Shown here in pieces: positions 37,420 to 46,975 of a DNA stretch of 64,000 nucleotides. Source of the stretch: an uncultured Mycoplasmatota bacterium. GTDB taxonomy: Bacteria; Bacillota_I; Bacilli_A; RF39; UBA660. The DNA is taken from NCBI GenBank assembly GCA_900551455.1, contig URVV01000005.1, positions 2,153-66,152 on the forward strand. Direction: 5' to 3'. Below the pieces are notes generated by a model. The model was not told the DNA's origin. It searched no databases and saw nothing but the letters and a program-made list of their open reading frames with translations. Every line of letters starts with the position of its first letter. The stretch's first letter is position 1. The position numbers were made by a program, and so were the translations under genes.

Positions 37420-37493
37420 ATACAAAAAGAAATGAACAATTATAATTGTTAGATTTTTAACATTAAAAAAGGAATTAAAATTATTTTATTTCA

Positions 37494-37700
37494 TTACAGT
37501 CGCTTAATTAAATAACTAAAATATTTTATTTTTCCTGATAATACATCATTATAAAAATTTTGCTTCCAATGAACAAAATTAATTGCCTCTTGAATCTCTT
37601 TCATCTTATTCTCAAGTTCTCGAAGTTTAGTATCAAGAATTATTTTTCTCTCAGGAATAGATTCTTCACCTTTTAAACACAAATCTAAATACTTTTTCAT
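37494..37700 (-). pseudogene. C-terminal remnant of a MerR-family regulator; the HTH half is missing
   Basis: KKYLDLCLKGEESIPERKIILDTKLRELENKMKEIQEAINFVHWKQNFY matches the MerR dimerisation and effector half. The N-terminal part of the track ORF (MMNVMIYLLMVMM) is out-of-frame readthrough of the neighbouring ORF. Confidence 0.6.
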
Positions 37701-37935
37701 CATAACCATTAACAAATATATCATCACATTCATCAAACATTAAATAATCAATATTATTAACTTTAATAATATGTGGTATAACATAAGCAATATTTGTTTC
37801 CTTAATACTTTTGATATTTCCATTTATGAAAATAGGTTTAGCACAAGCAAACTTACAAATCATTTCAACCTTTCTTTTTAGTTCTAAACTTATCTCTAAT
37901 TCTTTAGTTTCAATTGTTAACATATAATCACTCAT
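37666..37935 (-). CDS. Small hypothetical protein (89 aa) overlapping the MerR remnant
   Basis: ORF only, with no recognisable domain. The RBS is weak. Confidence 0.4.
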   Translation of the reverse strand: MSDYMLTIETKELEISLELKRKVEMICKFACAKPIFINGNIKSIKETNIAYVIPHIIKVNNIDYLMFDECDDIFVNGYDEKVFRFVFKR

Positions 37936-37950
37936 CCCTTCTTAAATAAC

Positions 37951-37975
37951 AAAAAAACTAACTATTTCTAGTTAG
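37951..37975 (-). terminator. Terminator following tRNA-Gly (minus strand)
   Basis: The minus strand reads CTAACTA-GAAA-TAGTTAG followed by TTTTTTT. Confidence 0.75.
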
Positions 37976-38020
37976 CATTTATTACTCTCAGAAGTAAATT
38001 TTCCGAGTTTCCTATCAATT

Positions 38021-38095
38021 TGGAGCGGATGATGGGAATCGAACCCACGTGGTCAGCTTGGAAGGCTGAAGTTCTACCATTAAACTACATCCGCA
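38021..38095 (-). tRNA. tRNA-Gly (anticodon UCC)
   Basis: Minus-strand read: GCGGATG-TA-GTTTAATGGTAGAAC-T-TCAGC-CTTCCAA-GCTGA-CCAC-GTGGG-TTCGATT-CCCAT-CATCCGC-T-CCA. Confidence 0.92.
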
Positions 38096-38171
38096 AATCA
38101 AGTAGGCAATATAAATTCTATTATATATTGCTTACTTTGTCAATACTTCTTTTAAAATTTCTCTAAAAAAT

Positions 38172-40334
38172 TTAATTTTTTAGTAAAGTGGGATCTATCA
38201 AGGAAAGAGAAACCTTTTCTTTTTCTTTATTAATATCTATGACATAACAATCAATAATATCACCAACATTTAATATTTCACTCGGATGTTTAATATAACT
38301 ATTACTCATTTTAGATATATGAATTAATCCATCATTATGTAACCCAATATCTACAAACGCTCCAAAATCAATAACATTTCTGACAGTACCCTGTAACTTC
38401 ATTCCAACTTGTAAATCCTTAATATCTAAAACATCACTTTTAAGTAAAGGCTTTGGCATATCATCTCTAGGATCACGATTAGGTTTCTTTAATGAATCAA
38501 TAATATCCTTCAAAGTATAAATATCAGTATACAAAATATCCTTATATTTATCTATATCTATTTCCTCTAACTTATTAATAAGTTTCTCCGTCCCAATATC
38601 CTGAATAGACATTCCTAATTCTTTCAATAAACTCATAACAATACTATAACTCTCCGGATGTACAGCTGTTGCATCTAAAACATTATCTCCATCTAAAATC
38701 CTTAAAAAGCCAATTGCTTGTTCATAAGCCTTATCTCCAAGTAATTTCTTTTTCATAATTTCTTCTCTTGAATTAATTCTACCAGTCTTATCTCTATAAT
38801 CTATGATTTTATCAATATTCTTTTTAGTTATTCCAGAAACATACTTAAGTAAAGAAGGGGAAGCTGTATTAATATTTACTCCAACACTATTAACTGCTTT
38901 TGATACCACAAAATCAAGAGATTCTGTTAACTTCTTATTAGCTACATCATGCTGATATTGCCCAACACCAATACTCTCCGGAGTAATTTTTACTAACTCT
39001 GCTAATGGATCCTGTAGTCTTCTTCCTATTGAAATAGCACTTCTTTTTTCTACCGTTAAATCAGGAAATTCCTCAATTGCCAATTTACTAGCAGAGTATA
39101 CACTAGCACCAGCCTCAGAAACAATGATATATTCAACATTTAAACCCGCTTCTTGAATAACTCTAGCTACAAATTTTTCTGATTCACGAGAAGCCGTACC
39201 ATTACCAATAGCAATAATTTGAACATTATATTTTTTTATCAAGTCACACAATATTTTCTTTGATTCCTCGTATTTATTATGTGGTTCATGAGGATATATA
39301 ACTGCAATTTCTAATTTCTTTCCAGTTGCATCAATAACCGCTAATTTACATCCTGTTCTAAATGCCGGATCAAACCCTAAAACAATCTTATCTTTCATCG
39401 GAGGAGTTAACAACAATTTCTCTAAATTCTTTCCAAAATTGTCAATAGCACTATCTTCTCCAACCTCTGTCAAATCAGATCTAACTTCTCTTTCTACCGA
39501 AGGAGCAATTAATCTCTTATAACTATCTTTAATTGCATCTTTTATTATTTCAATTACATTAGTCTTATTATTTCTAATAACCTTATTTTCCAAAAACTTA
39601 ATAATCTCTTCTTCATTAACATCTATTGATACATTAAGAACATTCTCATTTTCCCCACGGTTAACTGCCAAAATTCTATGTGGCTTAATATTTTTTACCA
39701 TCTCACTATATTCATAATACATTTCATATACTTTATTTTCATCATTCGCATTCTTTTTAACCTTTGAAGTAATTATCCCATTTTTATAAAAATAATTTCT
39801 AATCCACTTTCTATAATAAGCATTATCACTAATCCATTCACTAATGATATATTTAGCCCCAGTAATTGCCTCTTCATTACTTTTAATATTTTCATTTAAA
39901 TAATTACAACATACCTTATCTATATCCAATTTATCAGGTTGAGACATAATAATCTTTGCCAACGGTTCCAATCCATTTTTAATTGCTTCTGTTGCTTTAG
40001 TTTTCTTTTTCTCTTTATAAGGACGATATAAATCTTCAACCTCAACTAACTTACTGCATTTAATAATATTATTCCTAAGTTCTTCCGTCATCATTCCTTT
40101 TTCATCAATTAATCTAATAACATCATCTTTTCTCTTTGCAAGACTAACCTGATACTGATAAACTTCATCTATCTTTCTGATTTGTTCTTCATCTAAAGCA
40201 TTTGTAGCTTCTTTTCTATATCTAGCAATAAATGGAATAGTATTACCATCTTCCAGTAATTTTAATACCACTTCTACTTGATTAACTTTAATATTTAATT
40301 CCTTTGCAATTTCTGAAATAATAAACTCATTCAT
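38172..40334 (-). CDS. tex: Tex-like transcription accessory protein (S1 RNA-binding domain)
   Basis: N-terminus ISEIAKELNIKVNQVEVVLKLLEDGNTIPFIARYRKE, a YqgF-like core, and a C-terminal S1 domain GMKLQGTVRNVIDFGAFVDIG. Confidence 0.92.
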   Translation of the reverse strand: MNEFIISEIAKELNIKVNQVEVVLKLLEDGNTIPFIARYRKEATNALDEEQIRKIDEVYQYQVSLAKRKDDVIRLIDEKGMMTEELRNNIIKCSKLVEVEDLYRPYKEKKKTKATEAIKNGLEPLAKIIMSQPDKLDIDKVCCNYLNENIKSNEEAITGAKYIISEWISDNAYYRKWIRNYFYKNGIITSKVKKNANDENKVYEMYYEYSEMVKNIKPHRILAVNRGENENVLNVSIDVNEEEIIKFLENKVIRNNKTNVIEIIKDAIKDSYKRLIAPSVEREVRSDLTEVGEDSAIDNFGKNLEKLLLTPPMKDKIVLGFDPAFRTGCKLAVIDATGKKLEIAVIYPHEPHNKYEESKKILCDLIKKYNVQIIAIGNGTASRESEKFVARVIQEAGLNVEYIIVSEAGASVYSASKLAIEEFPDLTVEKRSAISIGRRLQDPLAELVKITPESIGVGQYQHDVANKKLTESLDFVVSKAVNSVGVNINTASPSLLKYVSGITKKNIDKIIDYRDKTGRINSREEIMKKKLLGDKAYEQAIGFLRILDGDNVLDATAVHPESYSIVMSLLKELGMSIQDIGTEKLINKLEEIDIDKYKDILYTDIYTLKDIIDSLKKPNRDPRDDMPKPLLKSDVLDIKDLQVGMKLQGTVRNVIDFGAFVDIGLHNDGLIHISKMSNSYIKHPSEILNVGDIIDCYVIDINKEKEKVSLSLIDPTLLKN

Positions 40335-40410
40335 TTTAATCCTTCTTTCTATGCATAAATAAGTATATCATAAATTATTGTAAACTGTAACTAAAAAGAA
40401 CACTCTTATC

Positions 40411-40439
40411 TTGCTAAAATGAATATTATTATGTATAAT
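40411..40439 (+). promoter_or_regulatory. Sigma-A promoter for dxs
   Basis: TTGCTA, 17 nt, then TATAAT. Confidence 0.55.
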
Positions 40440-40488
40440 ACACTCTTGTATACACCAGAAATAGATATATATAGATAAGGAGACCAAT

Positions 40489-42357
40489 ATGGAAATTCAA
40501 AACATTAAAAATCCTCATTTTTTGAAAAAAATGAAAATTAAAGATCTTGAATTATTATCTAGTGATATTAGAAATTTTATTATTGATAAAGTATCCCATA
40601 CTGGAGGACATCTATCATCTAATTTAGGTATAACTGATCTAACTATTGCTATTCATAAAGTTTTTAACAGTCCCCGCGATAAAATAATTTTTGATGTTTC
40701 TCACCAATGTTATACTCATAAAATATTAACAGGAAGAGCTAAACAGTTTGACACTTTAAGACAAATAAATGGCTTATCTGGCTTTCAAAAAAGAAAAGAA
40801 AGTCCATATGACTCTTATGAAGCTGGACATTCATCAACCTCTCTTTCTGCTGCCTTAGGTATGGCTTTAGCTAGAGATAAACAAAATAAAAATTATCATA
40901 TAGTTGCCGTTATTGGTGATGGTTCTATGGGCAATGGCCTTCCATATGAAGCAATTAATCATATTGGAGTTACAAAAACCAGACTAATAATTATTTTAAA
41001 TGATAATGAAATGAGTATTTCTAAAAATGTTGGTGCTCTTCATAATAATTTAGACAAAATAAGATCTAATTATGCCTATCACAATGCTAAAGATAAAACC
41101 AAACGCTTCCTAAATAAAATTCCTTTAATAGGATCCCCTTTAAGTAAAAGCGTAACTGCCCTAAAATCCTCATTTAAAAAACTATATTTAAAAGAAGGCT
41201 TCCTTTTTGAAGAATTAGGATTAAAATACTATGGACCAATAAATGGGCACGATTATAAAGAAATGTTAGCATATCTTGAAATGGCCAAAAAAGAAACTGA
41301 GCCAGTATTAATACACGTTATAACTAAAAAAGGGAAGGGATATCCACCCTGTGAAGAAGATACTATTGGTATGTGGCACGGAATAGGACCTTTTAATAAA
41401 GAAACCGGTAAACCCTTAGTAGCCAAAGATGATACAGTAACTTGGAGTGAAGTAATAAGTAACCATTTAATTGAATTAACCGAAAGAAATAACAATCTAA
41501 TGGTAATAACTCCTGCAATGACTGGAGGAAGTAAACTATTAAAATATAAAGAATTATATCCTCATAACTTTATTGATGCTGGTATTGCCGAAGAGCATGC
41601 CCTAATTTTAGCCAACGGTATGAGTATTGGAGGATTAATTCCCTTCGTATCGATTTATTCAACATTTCTTCAAAGAGGATACGACGAAGTTCTTCACGAT
41701 ATTGCCAGAATGAATACCCACGTCATTTTAGGAATAGATCGTTGCGGAATAGTCGGCGAAGATGGTGAAACACATCAAGGAATATATGATCTAACCTTTC
41801 TAATGCCCATCCCTAATCTAATAATATCTACCCCCAAAGATAGTATTGAGGCAGGTAATATTCTATATACAGCTATTTTATCTAAAAAGCCCTTTGCTAT
41901 AAGATACTCCAAAGATAGACTAAAATACCAAAAAAAGAACTATCAAATAATTCCTATAGGATCATGGGAATATTTAGAAAAAGGCCAAGATGCAGTTTTA
42001 ATAACTTATGGTAATCTCTTAAACAATGCTAAAATAATCAAAAAGAACCTTGCCAACACTCTAGATCTAGCTATTGTAAATGCCAGATATCAAAAACCAA
42101 TAGATACCAATTTATATGATGAAATTCTAACTACTTACCAATCAATCTTTATTTACGAAGAACAAACTCTTATAAATTCCCTTGGTTTCTATTTAACCAC
42201 CTATGCTAAAACAAAAAACTACCAAGGAAATATAAAGATATTTGCTATTCCTGATGAATTTATTGAACAAGGAAAAAAGAATGAAATCCTTAGTTTACTT
42301 GAACTAGATCCAACATCCATTACTAATAAAATTATACAGTCTGTTAAACATAAATAA
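40489..42357 (+). CDS. dxs: 1-deoxy-D-xylulose-5-phosphate synthase
   Basis: GGHLSSNLGITDLTIAIH...DVSHQCYTHKILTGR...GDGSMGNGLPYEA (TPP-binding). Confidence 0.94.
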   Translation: MEIQNIKNPHFLKKMKIKDLELLSSDIRNFIIDKVSHTGGHLSSNLGITDLTIAIHKVFNSPRDKIIFDVSHQCYTHKILTGRAKQFDTLRQINGLSGFQKRKESPYDSYEAGHSSTSLSAALGMALARDKQNKNYHIVAVIGDGSMGNGLPYEAINHIGVTKTRLIIILNDNEMSISKNVGALHNNLDKIRSNYAYHNAKDKTKRFLNKIPLIGSPLSKSVTALKSSFKKLYLKEGFLFEELGLKYYGPINGHDYKEMLAYLEMAKKETEPVLIHVITKKGKGYPPCEEDTIGMWHGIGPFNKETGKPLVAKDDTVTWSEVISNHLIELTERNNNLMVITPAMTGGSKLLKYKELYPHNFIDAGIAEEHALILANGMSIGGLIPFVSIYSTFLQRGYDEVLHDIARMNTHVILGIDRCGIVGEDGETHQGIYDLTFLMPIPNLIISTPKDSIEAGNILYTAILSKKPFAIRYSKDRLKYQKKNYQIIPIGSWEYLEKGQDAVLITYGNLLNNAKIIKKNLANTLDLAIVNARYQKPIDTNLYDEILTTYQSIFIYEEQTLINSLGFYLTTYAKTKNYQGNIKIFAIPDEFIEQGKKNEILSLLELDPTSITNKIIQSVKHK

Positions 42358-42372
42358 AAAAAATATGGCCAA

Positions 42373-43575
42373 TTACTTTTTAACCATATCAGCATAAGTA
42401 ATTGAATTATTGCCATATTTTTTTCTTATCTTATCAAGTGCTTCTTGTAAATGTTCATCCTCTTTAACTTCATCATTTACTTGATTAAATATTGACAATT
42501 GAATTTTATACACATCTGTCAAATTATTAACACCCACACATAAAGCCCTAACTTTTTTATCATCATCTGGACTCCATATTTTATTAAAAAGACTAATAGC
42601 TTCCTTATAAATATCTTCATCACTATTAATTAAGTTTTCTAACGTTACCTGTTTACTAATCTTTGTAAAATTATGAAACTTTACCCATACATTAACATTC
42701 GGCGCATACATTCTCTTACTTCTAAGTTTCCTACCCGTATCCATTGATAACTTTTTAATAACCATATATATATCATCTAAATTAGTATAATCATATGGTA
42801 AAACAATCGAATTGGATATACTCTTTGGATTTCCATAGTCACTCTCTACCTGTGAATTATCTATCCCATTAGCATATTCCCACATCATTTTACCCATACT
42901 TTTAAAATGCTGAACCAAATAATCTATATCTGTTTGTGCCAATTGCCCAATTGTCTTAATCCCCAAACTATGTAATTTTTTACTACTAGCTCTACCTATC
43001 ATAAACAACTCTTCAACATCAAGCCCCCACATTTTCTTCCTAATTTCCGATAAAAACAACGTATGAACCTTATCTGGCTTAGAAAAATCACTAGCCATCT
43101 TCGCCAACAATTTATTATTTCCAATTCCTACATTAACCGTAAATCCAAAATTATTCTTAATATCATCCTTAATCTTATAAGCAACTTTAACAGGGTTAGG
43201 CCAAATATTAATTAAATCAGAAAAATCCACAAAACACTCATCAATCGAATATCTTTCAATCTTATCTGTATAACTACTTAAATAAGTGTACATAACATCT
43301 GAATATTGCTTATAAACCTTAAATTCTGGAGGATATACCTCTAAATATGGACATTTCCTTCTAGCAGCATACAATGTCTCACCAGTAATAACCCCTTTTT
43401 GTTTACAAAGATTACTCTTGGCCAAAACAATTCCCTTTCTCTCAGATTCCTTGCCTCCAATTACCGCATATCTATTTCGAATATCAATCTTACTTCCATT
43501 ATGTAGCATATTAACCGCAGTCCATGATAAAAAAGCATTATTACAATCAATATGTAAAATAACTCTTTCCCTCAT
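42373..43575 (-). CDS. dinB: Y-family DNA polymerase (Pol IV/UmuC-like)
   Basis: ILHIDCNNAFLSW...YSIDECFVDF...NKLLAKMASD. Start at MRERV. Confidence 0.85.
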   Translation of the reverse strand: MRERVILHIDCNNAFLSWTAVNMLHNGSKIDIRNRYAVIGGKESERKGIVLAKSNLCKQKGVITGETLYAARRKCPYLEVYPPEFKVYKQYSDVMYTYLSSYTDKIERYSIDECFVDFSDLINIWPNPVKVAYKIKDDIKNNFGFTVNVGIGNNKLLAKMASDFSKPDKVHTLFLSEIRKKMWGLDVEELFMIGRASSKKLHSLGIKTIGQLAQTDIDYLVQHFKSMGKMMWEYANGIDNSQVESDYGNPKSISNSIVLPYDYTNLDDIYMVIKKLSMDTGRKLRSKRMYAPNVNVWVKFHNFTKISKQVTLENLINSDEDIYKEAISLFNKIWSPDDDKKVRALCVGVNNLTDVYKIQLSIFNQVNDEVKEDEHLQEALDKIRKKYGNNSITYADMVKK

Positions 43576-43750
43576 AATACCACCCACCTAATTATATCAA
43601 ACATTTGTTAACATTTCAATATTTACTTAGCAAAAAACAAAATTTTGCCACCTTCAAAAATAAGTCAAATATTATCAAATTATCCATAAAAAATTGCAGT
43701 CTTAATTATTTTATGTTATACTTATTCCCAGAGAGAAAGGAAGATATTTT

Positions 43751-44812
43751 ATGATAAATAGACTAGAAGCTATTCAAAAAAGATACGACGAAATATCTCA
43801 AGAATTATCAAGTAGTGAAGTCATCAGTAACATCAAAAAAATGACTGAACTATCCAAAGAACAAAGAAGATTATCAACTACTGTTGAAATGTATCAAAAA
43901 TATAAAAGCATTATATCTGATATTGAAACTGCCAAAGAGATGTTAACGGATAAAGATATGCAAGAATTTGCTAAAGAAGAAATTAATACCCTAACAAAGG
44001 AAAAAGAAAAAATAGAAAAAGATTTAGAAATATTACTCTTACCACACGATCCTAACGATGAGAAAAATGTTATCGTAGAAATACGTGGAGCCGCTGGCGG
44101 AGATGAAGCTAACATTTTTGCCGGAGACTTATTTGATATGTATAATCACTATATTAATAACTTTGGTTGGAAAATAGAAATTTTAAATGAAGAACCAGGA
44201 ACCGCTGGTGGATATTCTCAAATTGAATTTATGATAAAAGGGGAGGGTGCCTACTCAAAATTAAAATATGAGTCTGGTGCTCACAGGGTCCAAAGAGTTC
44301 CTGAAACAGAATCCCAAGGTAGAGTACACACCTCAACTGCTACAGTTTTAGTAATGCCCGAAGCTGAAGAATTTGACTACGAATTAGATGAATCAGAAGT
44401 AAGAATTGATATTACCAGAAGTAGTGGCTGTGGAGGACAAGGTGTTAACACTACCGACTCAGCAGTTCGCCTTACCCATATACCAACCGGAATTATTGTC
44501 TACTCACAGACAGAACGTAGCCAAATAAAGAACAAAGAAAAAGCCTTTAAAATCTTAAAAACCAGATTATATGACTTAAAGTTAAGAGAACAAGAAGAAG
44601 CCAATGCCACCGAAAGAAAAAACAAAATTGGTACTGGTGACCGTTCAGAAAAAATAAGAACCTATAACTATCCCCAAAACAGAGTTACTGATCACCGCAT
44701 TGGATTTACATCTATGAACCTAGATCGCATTATGACAGGAGAACTAGGAGTAATTATTGAGGCCCTAATCAATGAAAACCAACGAATTGAACTTGAACAA
44801 AGCGAAATATAA
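43751..44812 (+). CDS. prfA: Peptide chain release factor 1
   Basis: GGQ motif (SGCGGQGVNTTDSAVR) and the RF1-type PxT tripeptide (VPETES). Confidence 0.95.
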   Translation: MINRLEAIQKRYDEISQELSSSEVISNIKKMTELSKEQRRLSTTVEMYQKYKSIISDIETAKEMLTDKDMQEFAKEEINTLTKEKEKIEKDLEILLLPHDPNDEKNVIVEIRGAAGGDEANIFAGDLFDMYNHYINNFGWKIEILNEEPGTAGGYSQIEFMIKGEGAYSKLKYESGAHRVQRVPETESQGRVHTSTATVLVMPEAEEFDYELDESEVRIDITRSSGCGGQGVNTTDSAVRLTHIPTGIIVYSQTERSQIKNKEKAFKILKTRLYDLKLREQEEANATERKNKIGTGDRSEKIRTYNYPQNRVTDHRIGFTSMNLDRIMTGELGVIIEALINENQRIELEQSEI

Positions 44813-45545
44813 TTCTGATCTAGAATACCTAAAAAAATATTTAAAAGAAAACAACCTAGATGAAACTAACCTCATCAAATATCAAAAAGAATTACTTAAC
44901 AATAGACCAATCCAATATATAGTAGGTAACGTAAACTTTTATGGAAATATTATCGAAGTAAACGAAGACGTTCTAATACCAAGATACGAAACAGAATTTC
45001 TTGTAGAAAAAACCATCTCTCTTGCCAAGAAATATTTCCCCCAAAAAATAGATATCCTAGATTTAGGAACAGGATCTGGTTGTATTGCTATTACCCTAAA
45101 AAAACATCTCGAATCCAATATTGATGCCCTTGATATCTCAAATAAAGCCTTATCCATAGCCAGAAAAAATGCTCAAAATAATAATGTTAAAATTAATTTT
45201 TTAAACAAAGATATAGCAACTTATCAAGAAAAACAATATGATCTAATTATTTCTAACCCCCCATACATTTCTGAAGAAGAAGAAATAATGGATTTAGTTA
45301 AAAATAATGAACCTCATATAGCCCTATATGCTAAAGATAATGGCTTATATTTCTATAAAAAAATAATTGATAATCTCCCATTAATAACCAAAGAAAAATA
45401 TTTATTAGCATTAGAAATCGGATATAACCAAGCAATCCCCATAACTGAATATGCTAAAAATAAATTAAAAGATATCAACATTACTGTTGAAAAAGACTTG
45501 TCAAATAAAGATCGCTATATCTTTATAACTAATATCAAAAAGTAA
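44772..45545 (+). CDS. prmC: Release-factor glutamine N5-methyltransferase
   Basis: ILDLGTGSGCIA and the NPPY motif. Overlaps prfA by 41 nt, so the start is uncertain. Confidence 0.88.
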   Translation: MKTNELNLNKAKYNSDLEYLKKYLKENNLDETNLIKYQKELLNNRPIQYIVGNVNFYGNIIEVNEDVLIPRYETEFLVEKTISLAKKYFPQKIDILDLGTGSGCIAITLKKHLESNIDALDISNKALSIARKNAQNNNVKINFLNKDIATYQEKQYDLIISNPPYISEEEEIMDLVKNNEPHIALYAKDNGLYFYKKIIDNLPLITKEKYLLALEIGYNQAIPITEYAKNKLKDINITVEKDLSNKDRYIFITNIKK

Positions 45546-45616
45546 ATTAAAATAAAAAATTTACTTTTTTTGTTTAACAATAAAATAAATATAACAATAT
45601 ATTAGTAGGTGATAAG

Positions 45617-46132
45617 ATGAAAAGAAAAATATTTTTAATTCTTCTTGCTTTAATAATAATAGCTTTATATAAACAAAACAATGAAATAGTATTAATACCA
45701 GACTCTTCTATAAGATTAAGAGTTATTCCTAATAGTAATGATCCTATAGACATTAACATCAAAGAAAAAGTTAAATCATATCTAGAAAAAGATATCTATA
45801 CCTTAACTAAAGATACCCCCAATATAGATGATGCCAGAAGTATAATTAAATCAAATATTCCAAATATTGAAACAAATATCAAACAAATATTTAAAGATAA
45901 CGATTACCAACTTCCTTATACCGTCAATTATGGTAATAATTACTTCCCTGAAAAAAAATATCAAGGTATCACTTATGAAGAAGGATATTATGAATCATTA
46001 GTTATTTCTATTGGTGAAGCCAGTGGCAGTAACTTCTGGTGTGTTCTATTTCCCAATTTTTGCCTTATAGATACCGAAGAAAGCCATACTTATAAATCAT
46101 ATTTTCAAGAGTTAATCAATAAAATATTCTAA
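45617..46132 (+). CDS. spoIIR: Stage II sporulation protein R
   Basis: N-terminal TM segment, IRLRVIPNSNDPIDINIKEKV and NFWCVLFPNFC. Confidence 0.85.
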   Translation: MKRKIFLILLALIIIALYKQNNEIVLIPDSSIRLRVIPNSNDPIDINIKEKVKSYLEKDIYTLTKDTPNIDDARSIIKSNIPNIETNIKQIFKDNDYQLPYTVNYGNNYFPEKKYQGITYEEGYYESLVISIGEASGSNFWCVLFPNFCLIDTEESHTYKSYFQELINKIF

Positions 46133-46171
46133 AACAAAAAAAAGAAGAGTAATATTTAATAGGTGAATATT

Positions 46172-46705
46172 ATGTCTTCTTTTTTTACTGTTTTATTAAT
46201 TGGAATAAGCTTAAGTATGGATGCCTTTTCTCTAGCCCTAGTATACGGTATGGCCGGATTATCTTCCGAAGAAAAAATCCTTTTATCCATCATCGTTGGA
46301 TTATATCATTTCATTATGCCCTTAATAGGCCTTAATTTTGGTCTCATCATCAGTAAAATAGATATTATTAGTATTAATTTAATTGCGTCCATTATCTTAG
46401 CATATATTGGAGTAGATTTAATCATTTCTAATTATAAAGAAGAAGAAACACTAACTATCAGTAGAATGGGATTCCTAATATTTGGTCTATCAGTAAGTAT
46501 TGACAGCCTTTCCGTGGGAATAGGACTAAAAGCTATTACTAATAACTATTATCTCTCATCAACTGTTTTTTCTCTATCAAGCCTAACCTTTACTTATTTA
46601 GGCCTTCTTTTAGGAAATATTATTGGTAAAAAAATAGGATCTTATTCTAAAACAATCGGAGGAATTATTCTGATAATAATCGCGATTATTATCTTTATTA
46701 AATAA
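46172..46705 (+). CDS. mntP: Manganese efflux pump MntP family (UPF0059)
   Basis: IGISLSMDAFSLAL and GLSVSIDSLSVG (duplicated motif). Start ATG 46172 after AGGTGA. Confidence 0.85.
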   Translation: MSSFFTVLLIGISLSMDAFSLALVYGMAGLSSEEKILLSIIVGLYHFIMPLIGLNFGLIISKIDIISINLIASIILAYIGVDLIISNYKEEETLTISRMGFLIFGLSVSIDSLSVGIGLKAITNNYYLSSTVFSLSSLTFTYLGLLLGNIIGKKIGSYSKTIGGIILIIIAIIIFIK

Positions 46706-46710
46706 AATCA

Positions 46711-46739
46711 TTGACAAAATAATATATAATTGATATAAT
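46711..46739 (+). promoter_or_regulatory. Consensus sigma-A promoter for tRNA-His
   Basis: TTGACA, 17 nt, then TGaTATAAT. Confidence 0.7.
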
Positions 46740-46751
46740 TACAAACGTACT

Positions 46752-46828
46752 GGCGGATTTGGTGAAGTGGTTAACACATTGGATTGTGGTTCCAACACGC
46801 GTGGGTTCGATTCCCACAATCCGTCCCA
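46752..46828 (+). tRNA. tRNA-His (anticodon GUG) with an encoded G-1 and CCA
   Basis: G-GCGGATT...TTGGA-TTGTGGT-TCCAA...GTGGG-TTCGATT-CCCAC-AATCCGT-C-CCA. A hairpin terminator lies at about 46868-46897. Confidence 0.88.
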
Positions 46829-46975
46829 TTGAAAAAAGTGTTCGAACTATTCGAACTAAATATATAAAGCAATCTTTTTACAGATTGCTTTTATTTTTAT
46901 ATAAAATAAAGAACTAAACTAAATTAATAGTATATTCTCTTATTGAAAATATGCTATTAATATTATATTCTCAAA

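Noticed and set aside
37494-37736. Treating the 80-aa ORF as an intact gene.
   Set aside because: Only its C-terminal ~65 aa resemble a protein family (the MerR effector half). The N-terminal Met-rich part is the out-of-frame overlap with ORF 37666-37935. It is called a remnant instead.
40335-40488. Riboswitch or leader upstream of dxs, prompted by the repeated ACACTCTT.
   Set aside because: The region is short and is explained by a good sigma-A promoter plus RBS. The 8-mer repeat alone is not significant, and I recognise no riboswitch core sequence.
46133-46171. yybP-ykoY manganese riboswitch upstream of mntP.
   Set aside because: Only 39 nt separate spoIIR from mntP, and no conserved riboswitch helices are present. 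mntP appears simply co-transcribed.
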